DNA of 64,000 bases. Source: Balanoglossus misakiensis. Its lineage: Eukaryota > Animalia > Hemichordata. Shown in pieces: positions 12,479 through 23,088 of the stretch; the first letter of the stretch is position 1; each line of letters opens with the position of its first letter. The position numbers and the translations under genes are program-made. The notes beneath the pieces are model-generated. The model had not been told where the DNA came from. It was given only the letters and a program-made list of their open reading frames with translations, and ran no database searches. The stretch spans positions 5,647,244 to 5,711,243 of the forward strand of contig CM082597.2 of the NCBI GenBank assembly GCA_040954595.2. Direction: 5' to 3'.

Positions 12479-13606
12479 CTAGGAGACTGTCACGTTAACA
12501 TCTTGCCAAGCCGTGCAGTCACATTGTGGCGGACATGCCATCGGTTCAGCGTCCCAATCATAGTGAACCAACTTCTTTGGGAAGGTTTGCAAATCTTCAC
12601 TCCACCGGGTAGTCAGGTTAGCCCAGGATCCGCCTGCTACATGACTTGGATGGTGTTCACCGTGTTCAGCGTAGTGAACGGCCAATGCCTCTGTGTTTTG
12701 TAGGGTTATGTACAGATTAAACAAGGTGTGCTGGTTGCAGTAGTAGATGAACCACTGTTCGAAGACATTTTCGTTCTTGTTAATGTGCAGCCACCATCCT
12801 GTCGCCATGAGTCCATCCACCAGCGGCTCTATTCTATAAAACGCTCGTCTGACCCAAGTAATGAAAGCCTTCCAGTGGACTGGGTGCGGCGCGAAGCCGT
12901 TGGTTCCAATGAGCTTGTAGAGGAAAGGCTTGTGATCGTTTATGATTTTGTGGTTGCCCCCCGTTCCTCTGACTTTCTGCCGTTGGAGTGCGATAGCAGC
13001 AAATTCAGGAACATCTTTGTATGCAGCCCAAGCCATTTTCATCCAACGATAGAAATAGACGGAGGCTTCAACATCATCTTCAAAGATGACGCCATATTCT
13101 TCGTCCGACTTCGGAACCCAGGCATCGAACCAGGACCGTGTAAGACCAGCGTTTACTTTTCGCTCGTGGATTACTTTCGGTCCGTGTGAAAACTTGAATG
13201 AATCGACAAGTTTAATAGTTTCGTCATGTAAAGTATCGTTCCGATAATCTATCCAAATGACAAGCTGTACCTTGTCGCCATCGTATTCAGCTGCTTCCAA
13301 CGAATCCAACAGGCGCTGTAAACTCTTCGGCCGATTCATAGTCAGTATGACGAGAGACCAGTGTATCTGATCATCAACTTTCCCGCGCGTCTGAATCGTA
13401 TCCCATCGCGTTTCGTGATATATCGGTGCCAAACTTTTCACAATAGACGGCGCTTTTCTTAGAGTGGTCAGCTTCACCATCGGCAGTGACCGAACGTGCG
13501 CGTTTATCATAAGCACGACGTAGTACATACAGGATAGGAAAATCAGTATGCCGAAATAACGTCTGTTTTTGGGCTTGCTCAGTATTGATTGCATGCGCAC
13601 CGCCAT
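12479..13606 (-). CDS. Intronless type II membrane GT-A fold (GT2-like) glycosyltransferase, paralog 1, 375 aa
   Basis: Uninterrupted ORF; basic tail plus TM (YFGILIFLSCMYYVVLMI); LVILTMNRPKSLQRLLDSL..A.Y, IWID, HGPK, NAGL..SW.DAW.P, DxD-type IFEDDVE.S..FY.W. Confidence 0.92.
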   Translation of the reverse strand: MAVRMQSILSKPKNRRYFGILIFLSCMYYVVLMINAHVRSLPMVKLTTLRKAPSIVKSLAPIYHETRWDTIQTRGKVDDQIHWSLVILTMNRPKSLQRLLDSLEAAEYDGDKVQLVIWIDYRNDTLHDETIKLVDSFKFSHGPKVIHERKVNAGLTRSWFDAWVPKSDEEYGVIFEDDVEASVYFYRWMKMAWAAYKDVPEFAAIALQRQKVRGTGGNHKIINDHKPFLYKLIGTNGFAPHPVHWKAFITWVRRAFYRIEPLVDGLMATGWWLHINKNENVFEQWFIYYCNQHTLFNLYITLQNTEALAVHYAEHGEHHPSHVAGGSWANLTTRWSEDLQTFPKKLVHYDWDAEPMACPPQCDCTAWQDVNVTVS

Positions 13607-13818
13607 CTTTGGAGTCGTTCACCAGTAGTGACGACAACACGAACAGTTCAACACCGCAGCTGCAAAATTGCACACGGGCACGTGCGTTTCTCTTATTGGA
13701 AAATAAGCCCCCATGTGATCAAAAGCACACCGACCAATTGGTGACGTCGATTGGAGAGGCTTCCCCGCGGCGCTGAATGTAAACAGCACCGGCCAACAGC
13801 TGCCTCGCCGAAGCACCT

Positions 13819-13939
13819 ACGTTCCCAATCTGATTAAATCAGATGTGGGGAACGGCGGCGTGTTTTTTTTAATGCCAGCCTATCATAAATAAAAACACGT
13901 CGCCGTCCCCTGCATGTTATTTTAATCAGCTTGGTACGT
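13819..13939. repeat. Degenerate ~50-bp-arm inverted repeat (old MITE) upstream of GT paralog 1
   Basis: acgttcccaatctgattaaatcagatgtggggaacggcggcgtgttttt pairs imperfectly with aaaaacacgtcgccgtcccctgcatgttattttaatcagcttggtacgt. Confidence 0.6.
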
Positions 13940-14930
13940 TCCCGTTTGGTACCGATGCATCATTCAAAAACCGCGTTTTCAACGCCACTGTTATTATTAT
14001 TATACTTTATTTAAAGAGGGTAATCTGATTACAAATGGATTGTAATTTACATCAGGGCCCTCATAAAAAAAATACAAGTTCATATAAATAGTGAATCGTA
14101 AATACACAACTGAAACAAAAAAACAAAAAAAGACCGAGGACATAGATAAATGTAAGAATAAATAAATAAATAAATGAGAAATCCAATCAAACAAAACTGT
14201 TAACTTGACCGTGGATTTGTTATCGCCTTATCTTATGACCTTCAAAAAAGCTAAAGTGCAATTCGCTCAGTTTCATCACACCACGTAGACAATACTCAGC
14301 ATGCAATCAAATAACCGACATTTGAATTTGACAAAACTTTATTAGTCACCCCGGCAACATCAATCTTGCCAGCCAAAAAAAAACGGACAGTTTAAACACT
14401 CGTATTTCACCCCCTTTTGCCCACTGAGCCGCCGTGATGACGTGCGTTTGAATTGCCATCAACTGAACAGCAAGATGTCCAACGTCAAGATGTCCAACGT
14501 ATTGATCTTGTCATATGATGCTCATTTGGTCAGATGTTTTTTTTTCTAACTTAACATTAAAAAGTGGTTAATTATTTCCTGTTCTTTGATTTGGCAGTCG
14601 CTTTTCTCTTATTCTATACATTTTACTGTTCTGTTTCGCGCCTTCTTACTATTGAGACCACTACTGAAACCATCGATTACAATTGACAAATGTCTCTATC
14701 ACCGTGTTCAAAGCCTGCAATTTCTCAATGATATCCTGTAGACAGCCTTTTGAACAAGGACAGTGGAAAATCGTTCATTTTGCAATGTTCTGTTCACTGG
14801 ATAGGGTATGGCAGTGATTATAATTTTGGCTTCGCAGCCAAATCCGCATTGATGTGTTCTGGCTGATCAATGTTACAGTCACCGATTGTGTGTATTCGCC
14901 ACTCTAGCCGATACCCGTAATTTGTCACTT

Positions 14931-16059
14931 TGTTAGGGTGACCTCTGGGGAATACGAAACATGACAGTTTGCCAGGGTTCATTTTCAGTACCATCGAAAA
15001 GACAACTTGAACACTCTGGTGAAAATGTAAAACAATCAGACGTGCGTGCTGGGAACATGATTAGCCTGTCTATCATGTGTTATGAAGAGAATTAGCGTGG
15101 ATCTGTCGAAGAAGGATCCTCAAGTTTCGGCTCTGTGCAACTTTTCCAGATCAGTCATGTTTTCTCCCTACCGGATGGAATGTTGTTTTTGTATGGCTTC
15201 ACTTGCGGGTTGGTGTTGCCATGTGACCGTTGCTAGGGGCTTGTTTACGTCTGGTAAGTTTCAGATCATGTACATGGAAGTTTCCATCACGCCCTTGGCG
15301 AGTGATACATTTCCTGTTATACACGAATCAGAAGCGCGTTCTGGGTCACGTGCTTAGCCTATCTACATATACCATGCGGTATATGAACAGAGAGTTGGCG
15401 TGGGTCTGTTGAGGAAGGAGGACTGAGCGTCGGCTCCGTGCAAATTTTCATAATTTAGTCCACCTTATCCTTACCGGATAGCCAGCTCCGGTTCAGCGAT
15501 CGCGAGATATAAGTCGTGTTTTCCTTAGCAGTTCGTTGAGGGGCCGATATTTCCGTCTAGACTCGTGATTTCTGGCGAGTTATGACCGCCGTGTTAGAGA
15601 CAGGGCCGTTGAATGTTGTTTGTTGATAACCGTTCTATATATAGCTGTGTGAGAAAAGAGGCCACAAGAGTTTAGGGTGTTAGTGTTGAACTCTGGGCAC
15701 CGTACTCCTCACGGGATCTGTTAAACGCAGATCAGTGCAACACATTCACCCTTGGCTTTTGTATCGCCTTCCTTTTACTGTGATTTGAGAGCTAAATAGT
15801 GTTCGATCAGATCGCTGTGTCGACTCCGATTTTTTTAAAGGTTGTTTTTTACATCGAAAGAAATTACTGAACATTTTCCAATATGGCTACGGGTGGGGGG
15901 TGGGGGGTACACGAGGAAGGTTGTAGAGATCAGACGTTCATTCTACAATGTACTGCGGAGTGGTTCGCTTAGAAATTTCCGCCCGTAAACCAAACCGATT
16001 GCCGTTATCGAGCTCACTTCATTTCTATTGGACAACAAACCGCTCCAAAACGTCTAACA
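14931..16059. mobile_element. Solo LTR of an LTR retrotransposon (probably Ty3/Gypsy), 1129 bp
   Basis: Termini TGTTAG...CTAACA (6-bp inverted repeat, TG..CA), 4-bp direct repeat ACTT on both flanks, internal TATATATA (~15636) and a diverged internal duplication with ~300-bp offset (15041-15177 vs 15334-15479). Confidence 0.75.
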
Positions 16060-16117
16060 ACTTGTACAACGGCATATCTCACTACAGCTGTCTTATTCAT
16101 TCATCTTGCCACTCAGT

Positions 16118-17495
16118 AAGGGGGGGGGGATAAATATATTTTCTGAGTCAATTTTGGAAAGATCTTGGGAATTTTCTTCTCTAAGCACAATTCATCACTC
16201 AGATCAGCATACACCTCTTTTGTTCATTCATTTTCCCAGTCAGCAGTTTTTGTCAATAATTATGGGGGGAGGGATAACCCTTTTTCCTGAGTCAATTTGG
16301 GAATTTTCTACTCTTAGCACAACTCATCACTGAGATCAGTACACAATTGTTTTGTTCATCCATTTTCCCAGTCAGTTAGCAGTTTTTTGTCTATAATTAG
16401 GGGGAAGGGATAATTTTTTTTTCTGAGTCAATTTTGGAATAATTTTGGGAATTGTCTACTCTTAGCACAATTCATCACTCGGATCAGTACACACCTGTTA
16501 TGTTCATTCATTTTCTCAGTCAGTTTTTAACAATAATTAAGAGGGGTAACTTATTTTCTGAGTCTTTTCTACTCTTTGTACAAATCACTGGGATCAGTAC
16601 ACAATTGTTTTGTTCATTTAGTTTTCCAGTCAGGTTGCAGTTTTTGTCTATAATTAAGGGGAAGGGATAAAAAAAATTTCTGAGTCAATATTGGAATGAT
16701 CTTGGGAATTTTCTACTATGAGCACAATTCATCACTCGGATCAGTACAAACCTGTTTTGTTCATTCATTTTCCCAGTCAGTTAGCAGTTTTTGTCAATAA
16801 TTAGGAGAGGGGGGGGGGGGTAACTTATTTTCTAAGTCAATATTGGAATGATCTTGGGAATTTTCTACTCTTAGCACAATTCATCACTCAGATCAGTACA
16901 CATCTGTTTTGTTCATTCATTTTCCCAGTCAGTTAGGAGATTTTGTCAATAATTAGGGGGGAGGGGTAAACTTATTTTCTGAGTCAATATTGGAATGATC
17001 TTGGGAATTTTCTACTCTTTTCACAATTCATCACTCAGATCAGTACAAACCTGCTTTGTTCATTCATTTTCCCAGCCAGTTAGCAGTTTTTGTCAATAAT
17101 TAGGAGAGGGGGGGGGGGGTAACTTATTTTCTGAGTCAGTTTTGGAATGACCTTTTCTATTTTCTACTCTTAGCACAATTCATCACTCAGATCAGTACAC
17201 AACTGTTTTGTTCTTTCATGTTCCCAGTCAATTAGCAGTTTTTAACAATAATTAGAAGGGGGAGGGGTAAACTTATTTTCTAATCAATTTTGGAATGATC
17301 TTGGGAATTTTCTACTTTTAGCACAATCATCACTCAGATCAGTACACACCTATTTTGTTCATTCATTGTCCCAGTCAGTTAGGAGATTTTGTCAATAATT
17401 AGGGGGGGGGGGTAAACTTATTTTCTGAGTCAGTTTTGGAATGATCTTGGGAATTTTCTACTCTTAGCACAATTCATCACTCAGATCAGTTTTTT
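16118..17495. repeat. Tandem array of ~145-bp unit, about 9-10 diverged copies
   Basis: Recurring ttttctgagtcaa..ttggaatgatcttgggaattttctactcttagcacaattcatcactcagatcagtacac...ttcccagtcagttagcag..taattaggggg at ~16140, 16285, 16421, 16556, 16678, 16829, 16977, 17128, 17277 and 17422. Confidence 0.95.
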
Positions 17496-18260
17496 CAAAC
17501 TGTCCTACTCCCAAGGTAGGTGAACCCTGCCTCAAGGCTTTGGGGAAATTTACAAAAAATATAAAATGCTGCACAACAGTGATATTCTGCAGTGACACCT
17601 TTATTAACTAACCATTAAAAAGAAGATATATCCATGAGATAATGTTTTATAAACTGCAATTTTGCAATAACAGTTATACATATTAGAGAATAAATGACAT
17701 CAAAATCTTAGCAACATCGCTAGTTTCCATGGCAATCAATTTGCTACCCATTGTATTATTTTCGTCGTGGAAGCTTTGCTGTTAATAAGCCAACCTGGAA
17801 AATAAAATGAAAAACATTTGTATGTTAAGATTGTTATGCTCATCTGTTCAGCATTACAGAATGCTACACCATTCTAATCCCTGAAATATATGATGTTATT
17901 GTCATGATTCAAATAAGGTCCAGTACAAAAGCGTTACAAACGAATACTACCACCATTTAGTTTTTAGTCAGTATCAATATTTTTTTGTTGTTCTCATTTA
18001 CCGGTATATGTTTAGGGTGTGCTTTTCTTTAATTTTTCATTGGATACAAACCTCTAATGTGATCAAATGTAGATGGACCACTGTTAAAACAAATTTCATT
18101 GGTGTTGGATGCAAAAGACCGAGTTGGCATATATTTTGCAATTTTGCATAATACTTCTCAGGCTGATGTATATGGGTACGTGATCAGCCTAAACAATTCT
18201 GGTATATTTAGATTTAAATTGCATGATACTTTCCTAAAGTTGCAGCTCATTGGGCTTTAA

Positions 18261-18457
18261 AGGCACATAAACTGCAACTTTTGGGATAATTATCACAATT
18301 TTTGTTTCAAACTGTACTACCATTAGTCCATGCAAATGAAGGCAGTGAAATAAGTGTTGAGCTTGATATATTATCATGAAATATCATTTTAATAGACATA
18401 ATTAAAACCAATTATTTAAAACTTTAATTTTTTTATCCAGTTGCAACTCATGTACCT
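18261..18457. mobile_element. Internally deleted, diverged copy of TTAA MITE family 1
   Basis: TTAA|AGGCACATAAACTGCAACT...AGTTGCAACTCATGTACCT; both ends match 11514-12017 with the central ~300 bp missing. Confidence 0.85.
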
Positions 18458-18647
18458 TTTAGGCCATGGTATTATTTACCAAATGCATAAAACTTATTTT
18501 GCACAGCTGACGTAAGTGAGAGAAAAAGGAGAGACGTTTGATTTATGTGTAATAGAATATTGCAAAATTCCACATGTACATTTTCGTTTTACTCTAAAAC
18601 ATGTTTATCTACACTACTGTCTTATCATGAAAGTCAGTATACATAAA

Positions 18648-18835
18648 CCTGGTCATCTGAAGTCAGGGTCAAATTTGCATGACCCCAACAGTTTGTCAAT
18701 TTCACAACATGACTATGTCTGGTGTGGCCATCTGAAGTCAGAGGTAAATTTGAAATGACCCTATATGGCAATTTAAAACAAAGACATAGCCTTGTGTGGC
18801 CACCTGAAATCAAAAGCAAATTTGAAACGACTTCA
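18648..18835. repeat. Three diverged ~74-bp tandem repeats
   Basis: tggYcaYctgaaRtca...aaatttg..aYgac at ~18650, 18725 and 18797. Confidence 0.7.
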
Positions 18836-19572
18836 ACTTTATAACAATTTCACACAAAGAATGTCGTCTGGAGGGGGCTTGTATGGTGAGTGTGTTTTAA
18901 GTAGTGTCCAGCTTAAATAATATAAGACCAGGATTGTGTTTTGACAGAATGTTGCGCATGAAATATATACAACTATACTTTGTTTAAACTAGGTGAATCC
19001 AGATGTATTACTATTTATTTTCCTGTGTAAGATTGTATTTCAAATGTGTTTGTCTGTTACCGCAGGCATTTTATAACATATAGAAAGTATGTTTGTTTGA
19101 GTTGTAAAGGTGCGATGTGTCCGCATTTGTTTTATGTTGACTCTGTTGCTATGAGAATTCTTACAAAATGCGTCTATTTTATCGTGTTATTACAGTAGTA
19201 TGAAGTATCTATATCTAATAATGTGAATGACACATTGCTTCTATAATTCTAATAAGTATTAAGAACCTCTAACATGGGGGTTATAATTACATATATACAG
19301 ACAATATATGGAATTATCAATTACCAAACTCATATCCGTACACTTCAAAAACAGCTAGTGTTCTCTGTTGTATGCATCAGTGCAAAATGACGCACAATAT
19401 GTTACACTTATTCAACCAATCACAGCAAAGAAAATCGAAAAGGTTGGTTACAATAAATAAATGTTGCAGACGGGAAGGAAAACGGGTGTCTGTTAAATTT
19501 ATTTCGGATTTTTCGACGTGTGTTTGTCAATAAGACAGGTGTTGATTCAGAATGAAAACCTTAATGATGCCT

Positions 19573-20700
19573 TCAGTTAACATCTTGCCATGCAGAGCAG
19601 TTAGTTCTTGGCAGACAGGCCATTGGTTCAGCGTCCCAACCATAGTGAACCAACTTCTTTGGGAAGGTTTGCAGATGTTCACTCCAATTTGTAGCCAGTT
19701 CAGCCAACGGTCCACGCGCAACTTTGCCCGGCCAGTGTTCACCGTGTTCAGAATGGTGAACGGCCAGAGCGTCTTTGTTCGCTAGTGTTATGTACAGAGT
19801 GAACAAAGTGTGCCGGTTGCAGTAGTAGACGAACCACGGTGTAATGAGATTTGAATTTCCCTTTTTCCTGTTGTCGTGCCACCACTCGGTTGTAATTAGT
19901 CCATCCACCAGCGGCTCTATTCTATAAAACGCTCGTCTGACCCACGCAATGAAAGCCTTCCAGTGGACTGGGTGCGGCGCGAAGCCGTGGGTACCAAACA
20001 GTTTGTACAGGAACGGTTTGTTGCCGTTGATGATTCTGCGATTGCCACCCATTGCTCTGATTTGTTGTCGTTCGAGTGTGATGCCGGCAAGTTCGGGAAC
20101 ATCTCTGTACGCAGCCCAAGCCAGTTTCAGCCAACGATAGAAATAGACGGAGGCTTCAACGTCATCTTCGAAGAAGACGGCGAATTCTTTGTCCGACCTC
20201 GGAACCCAGGCATCGACCCAGGACTGTGCGAGACCAGCGTTTTCTTTTCTTTCGTGCACTAATTTTGGACCGTGTGAAAACTTGAACGAATTCACAAGTT
20301 GGACAGTGTCATTGTTTAAAACCTTTTGGTTATAGTCTATCCAAATGACAAGCTGTACCTTGTCGCCATTGTATTCAGCTGCTTCCAGCGAATCCAACAG
20401 GCGCTGTAAACTCTTTGGCCGATTCATAGTCAAAACGACGAAAGACCAATGCATCTGATTATCCTCTTCCCCATGAGTTTCAATCTTATCCGATCGCGTT
20501 TCGTGAGATATCGGTGGCAAGCTTTCGACATGTACAACAGACGGCTCTTTTCTCAGAGTGGTGACGTTGGGCTTTGGTAGTGGTTGTCTTTGCTCGGTCC
20601 TGAACATCACATAGTGGTATACGCCGGAAAAGAGAAGAACCATGGCGAAAAATACTCCATATTTTAGCATTCCCATTGCTGACGGAGAACGTTTTGCCAT
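19573..20700 (-). CDS. Intronless type II membrane GT-A fold (GT2-like) glycosyltransferase, paralog 2, 375 aa
   Basis: ATG at 20700 (MAKRSPSAMG; the ORF track starts at an upstream GTG); TM YGVFFAMVLLFSGVYHYVMF; TMNRPKSLQRLLDSL and FFEDDVEASVYFYRW; colinear with paralog 1. Confidence 0.92.
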   Translation of the reverse strand: MAKRSPSAMGMLKYGVFFAMVLLFSGVYHYVMFRTEQRQPLPKPNVTTLRKEPSVVHVESLPPISHETRSDKIETHGEEDNQMHWSFVVLTMNRPKSLQRLLDSLEAAEYNGDKVQLVIWIDYNQKVLNNDTVQLVNSFKFSHGPKLVHERKENAGLAQSWVDAWVPRSDKEFAVFFEDDVEASVYFYRWLKLAWAAYRDVPELAGITLERQQIRAMGGNRRIINGNKPFLYKLFGTHGFAPHPVHWKAFIAWVRRAFYRIEPLVDGLITTEWWHDNRKKGNSNLITPWFVYYCNRHTLFTLYITLANKDALAVHHSEHGEHWPGKVARGPLAELATNWSEHLQTFPKKLVHYGWDAEPMACLPRTNCSAWQDVN

Positions 20701-21552
20701 CTTCACACTCACGAGACCACAGCAATCAGTTTGCACACGGTACTAATGACAGTCCCCCCCCTTGCATCAGCTGTAAAAGACCACAGAGCTACATTACTTT
20801 CATTGGACAATAACCTCGCACGTGATCAAGAATCGAATTTCTGTTTTAACTATAGGCATTGATTGATAGGTAGGACAGTTTGTTTCCTATACCAATTAGC
20901 TCTATAGTGTCCACACACAAATGCTTTTATTATATCAATGTCTGTCTGTCTGCCTGCCCGCCTGCCAAATCTCTCAAAAAATAATAATCGGATTCTAACC
21001 AAATATTGTTGACATGTATTGATTTAAACTGACTAGACCTGAATTGAGTTTGGTTGGTGTCTCTTGTACATAAATAAAGTTATCAAAGACAGGCCTTAAA
21101 CAACGCCATCGAGAGGCCTCACTGGATTTTCCTGGAAGCCAGCTTGTCATTTATTATTCCTTAGTTGCTGCAAGAAAATACAGGTCTGTGAACCAAACTA
21201 AGAATGTTCTGCCTGTCATTGTTTAGAACTTGAGGATTTTATTTCCCTTTGGATTTTAGGCCTCCACCAAATATCACCAAATATTTGTTACAGATTATAT
21301 AAAAGTTATCACAAGGTAACTGCAAGGTGTACCAGGATTGATGATCCTAACCTAGCAGACTGTAAACACCCACCTACGATAGAGGTGTAAATCAAGTTTA
21401 CTTGCTACAGAGGTGCGAGTATTATGGCCAGTATGACGTCTGTGTTCTGGACTACTCCAGGCAGTTGACTCATCTCAGTACTTGGCTATCAGCATCAGTA
21501 GTAATAGCTTTGATTGTGGTATTTTTAGCCTGTGGCTATACTCATTTCTTAA

Positions 21553-21846
21553 AGAGACAAAGTCTCTCATGCTGCCCTTTTTCCAGTCATTATGCTTGAT
21601 ACAAGACACCATTTATTTTATTCTTCATGTGGATAAATACTGTATCAATGTTCGACCACACACAACTTCCACCCCGTTTGTAGGATATTGGAGTAAAAAT
21701 CTCTCGTGTTTACAAGTGGGGTGGAAGTTGTGTGTGGTCGAACATTGATTCACTATATATCCACATGTATATATATAACATAAACATTGTCACAATATCT
21801 AACATTATTAATGGAAAAAGGGCAGCGAGAGAGAGACTTTGTCCCT
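21553..21846. mobile_element. TTAA-target palindromic MITE family 2 (Kolobok-like)
   Basis: TTAA|AGAGACAAAGTCTCTC...GAGAGACTTTGTCCCT|TTAA with ~115-bp TIRs; further copies at 43150 and 49925. Confidence 0.88.
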
Positions 21847-22189
21847 TTAACAAAACTTATATCATCTAATGACAAATTATTCATTTATTTTTTTATTTAT
21901 TGTAAGTGCCCCCATTAAACCATTCCAAAGCATACGATGAAAAGTATTCTGTGATAATCCTCTTAATTTTTTTTACAATAAAGCCTGTTTGCCCAAAAAC
22001 TATTTTTAATATTCAGCTTACTAGACTTTACATGAAACCAAATTTGTTGGAGACATGGAAAGTCTGTACCACGAGAAAAAAGTTGCAGTTAGTTGTCAAG
22101 GTTTTAGCGCCTGGAGATATAAATGTCCTGCGATATGCCCTGTTAGTATGAAGAGATTAGGCAGTGTAGAAATCCCAGTATTGACTTTA

Positions 22190-22364
22190 CAGTGAAACCT
22201 GTCTATTAAGGACACCTCTGTGACCAGAAAATATGTCCTTAATAGAGAGGTTTCCTTAATAGACAGGTAATGTTCTATTCAAACTGGACTTTTGTCTTGA
22301 AAAATCTGTCCTTAATAGAGAGGTGTCCTGATTTGAGAGGTGTCCTTAATGACAGGTTTCACAT
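22190..22364. mobile_element. Tc1/mariner (pogo/Tigger-like) MITE
   Basis: TA|CAGTGAAACCTGTCTATTAAGGACACC ... GGTGTCCTTAATGACAGGTTTCAC with internal gtccttaatagagagg subterminal repeats; right tip degenerate. Confidence 0.8.
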
Positions 22365-22365
22365 C

Positions 22366-23055
22366 TCATGACAGATATAAAGGTTGGTCCAAAACAGCCA
22401 CGTGACCTTTTTCTTGGAGGGTGCTAGAGAGTTTACTTAAGCGTTCAGAGATGCTTGATATCATTTCGTCATCAAACGATTCGAAAAGTTTTTTCTTGGA
22501 TTCATCGGCAACTTCTCCTACTTTGAGCACGTGAATTCGTTTCTGCGACTCTGTCTCCACGCATTCAATCCTTGTCTCGTCCAAAGCTATATCCAGGAAA
22601 TCTACCATTATACGAAGTATATTTATCGGCTGTCCAACAAACTTTTCGTAGTTGATGAAGAGAACCGGTTTCCCTGACGACAGCCAAACATTAGGTACCT
22701 CTTCCCACCAGTCAAGACGATCCCATACCAGATCTTTCCAACCTAAAGACAAATGTGCCATATACATGAATCATTGAATGTTTCTATTCCGACGTTCTAC
22801 ATGCCAAATGAATGTGGAGTCCAACAAAATTATATATAAAGACGAAAAAGCAGACAACATATTGAATAATTAGTGTCTAGAATTAACTTCGTGTGGACAT
22901 GGAGGAAATTCCATCGTCTGTTTGTCAATTTGCATTTTAGCTCAATGAATTTCCATTTTATAGCAGTGACAGTTTCACTTTAACAAAATCTTATCTAAAG
23001 TCCAGCATGTTTTACACGTCTAAAACCAATATGGCAGGCGTTACGCATAGATAGA

Positions 23056-23088
<33 letters not shown>

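Noticed and set aside
12452-13189. Plus-strand ORFs opposite the GT genes (also 19552-20262, 35132-35353, 39268-39558)
   Set aside because: Antisense shadows of real coding sequence with no independent motifs or splice signals.
16118-17495. Regularly spaced repeats resembling a CRISPR array
   Set aside because: Whole ~145-bp units repeat with no unique spacers, there are no cas genes, and the context is eukaryotic.
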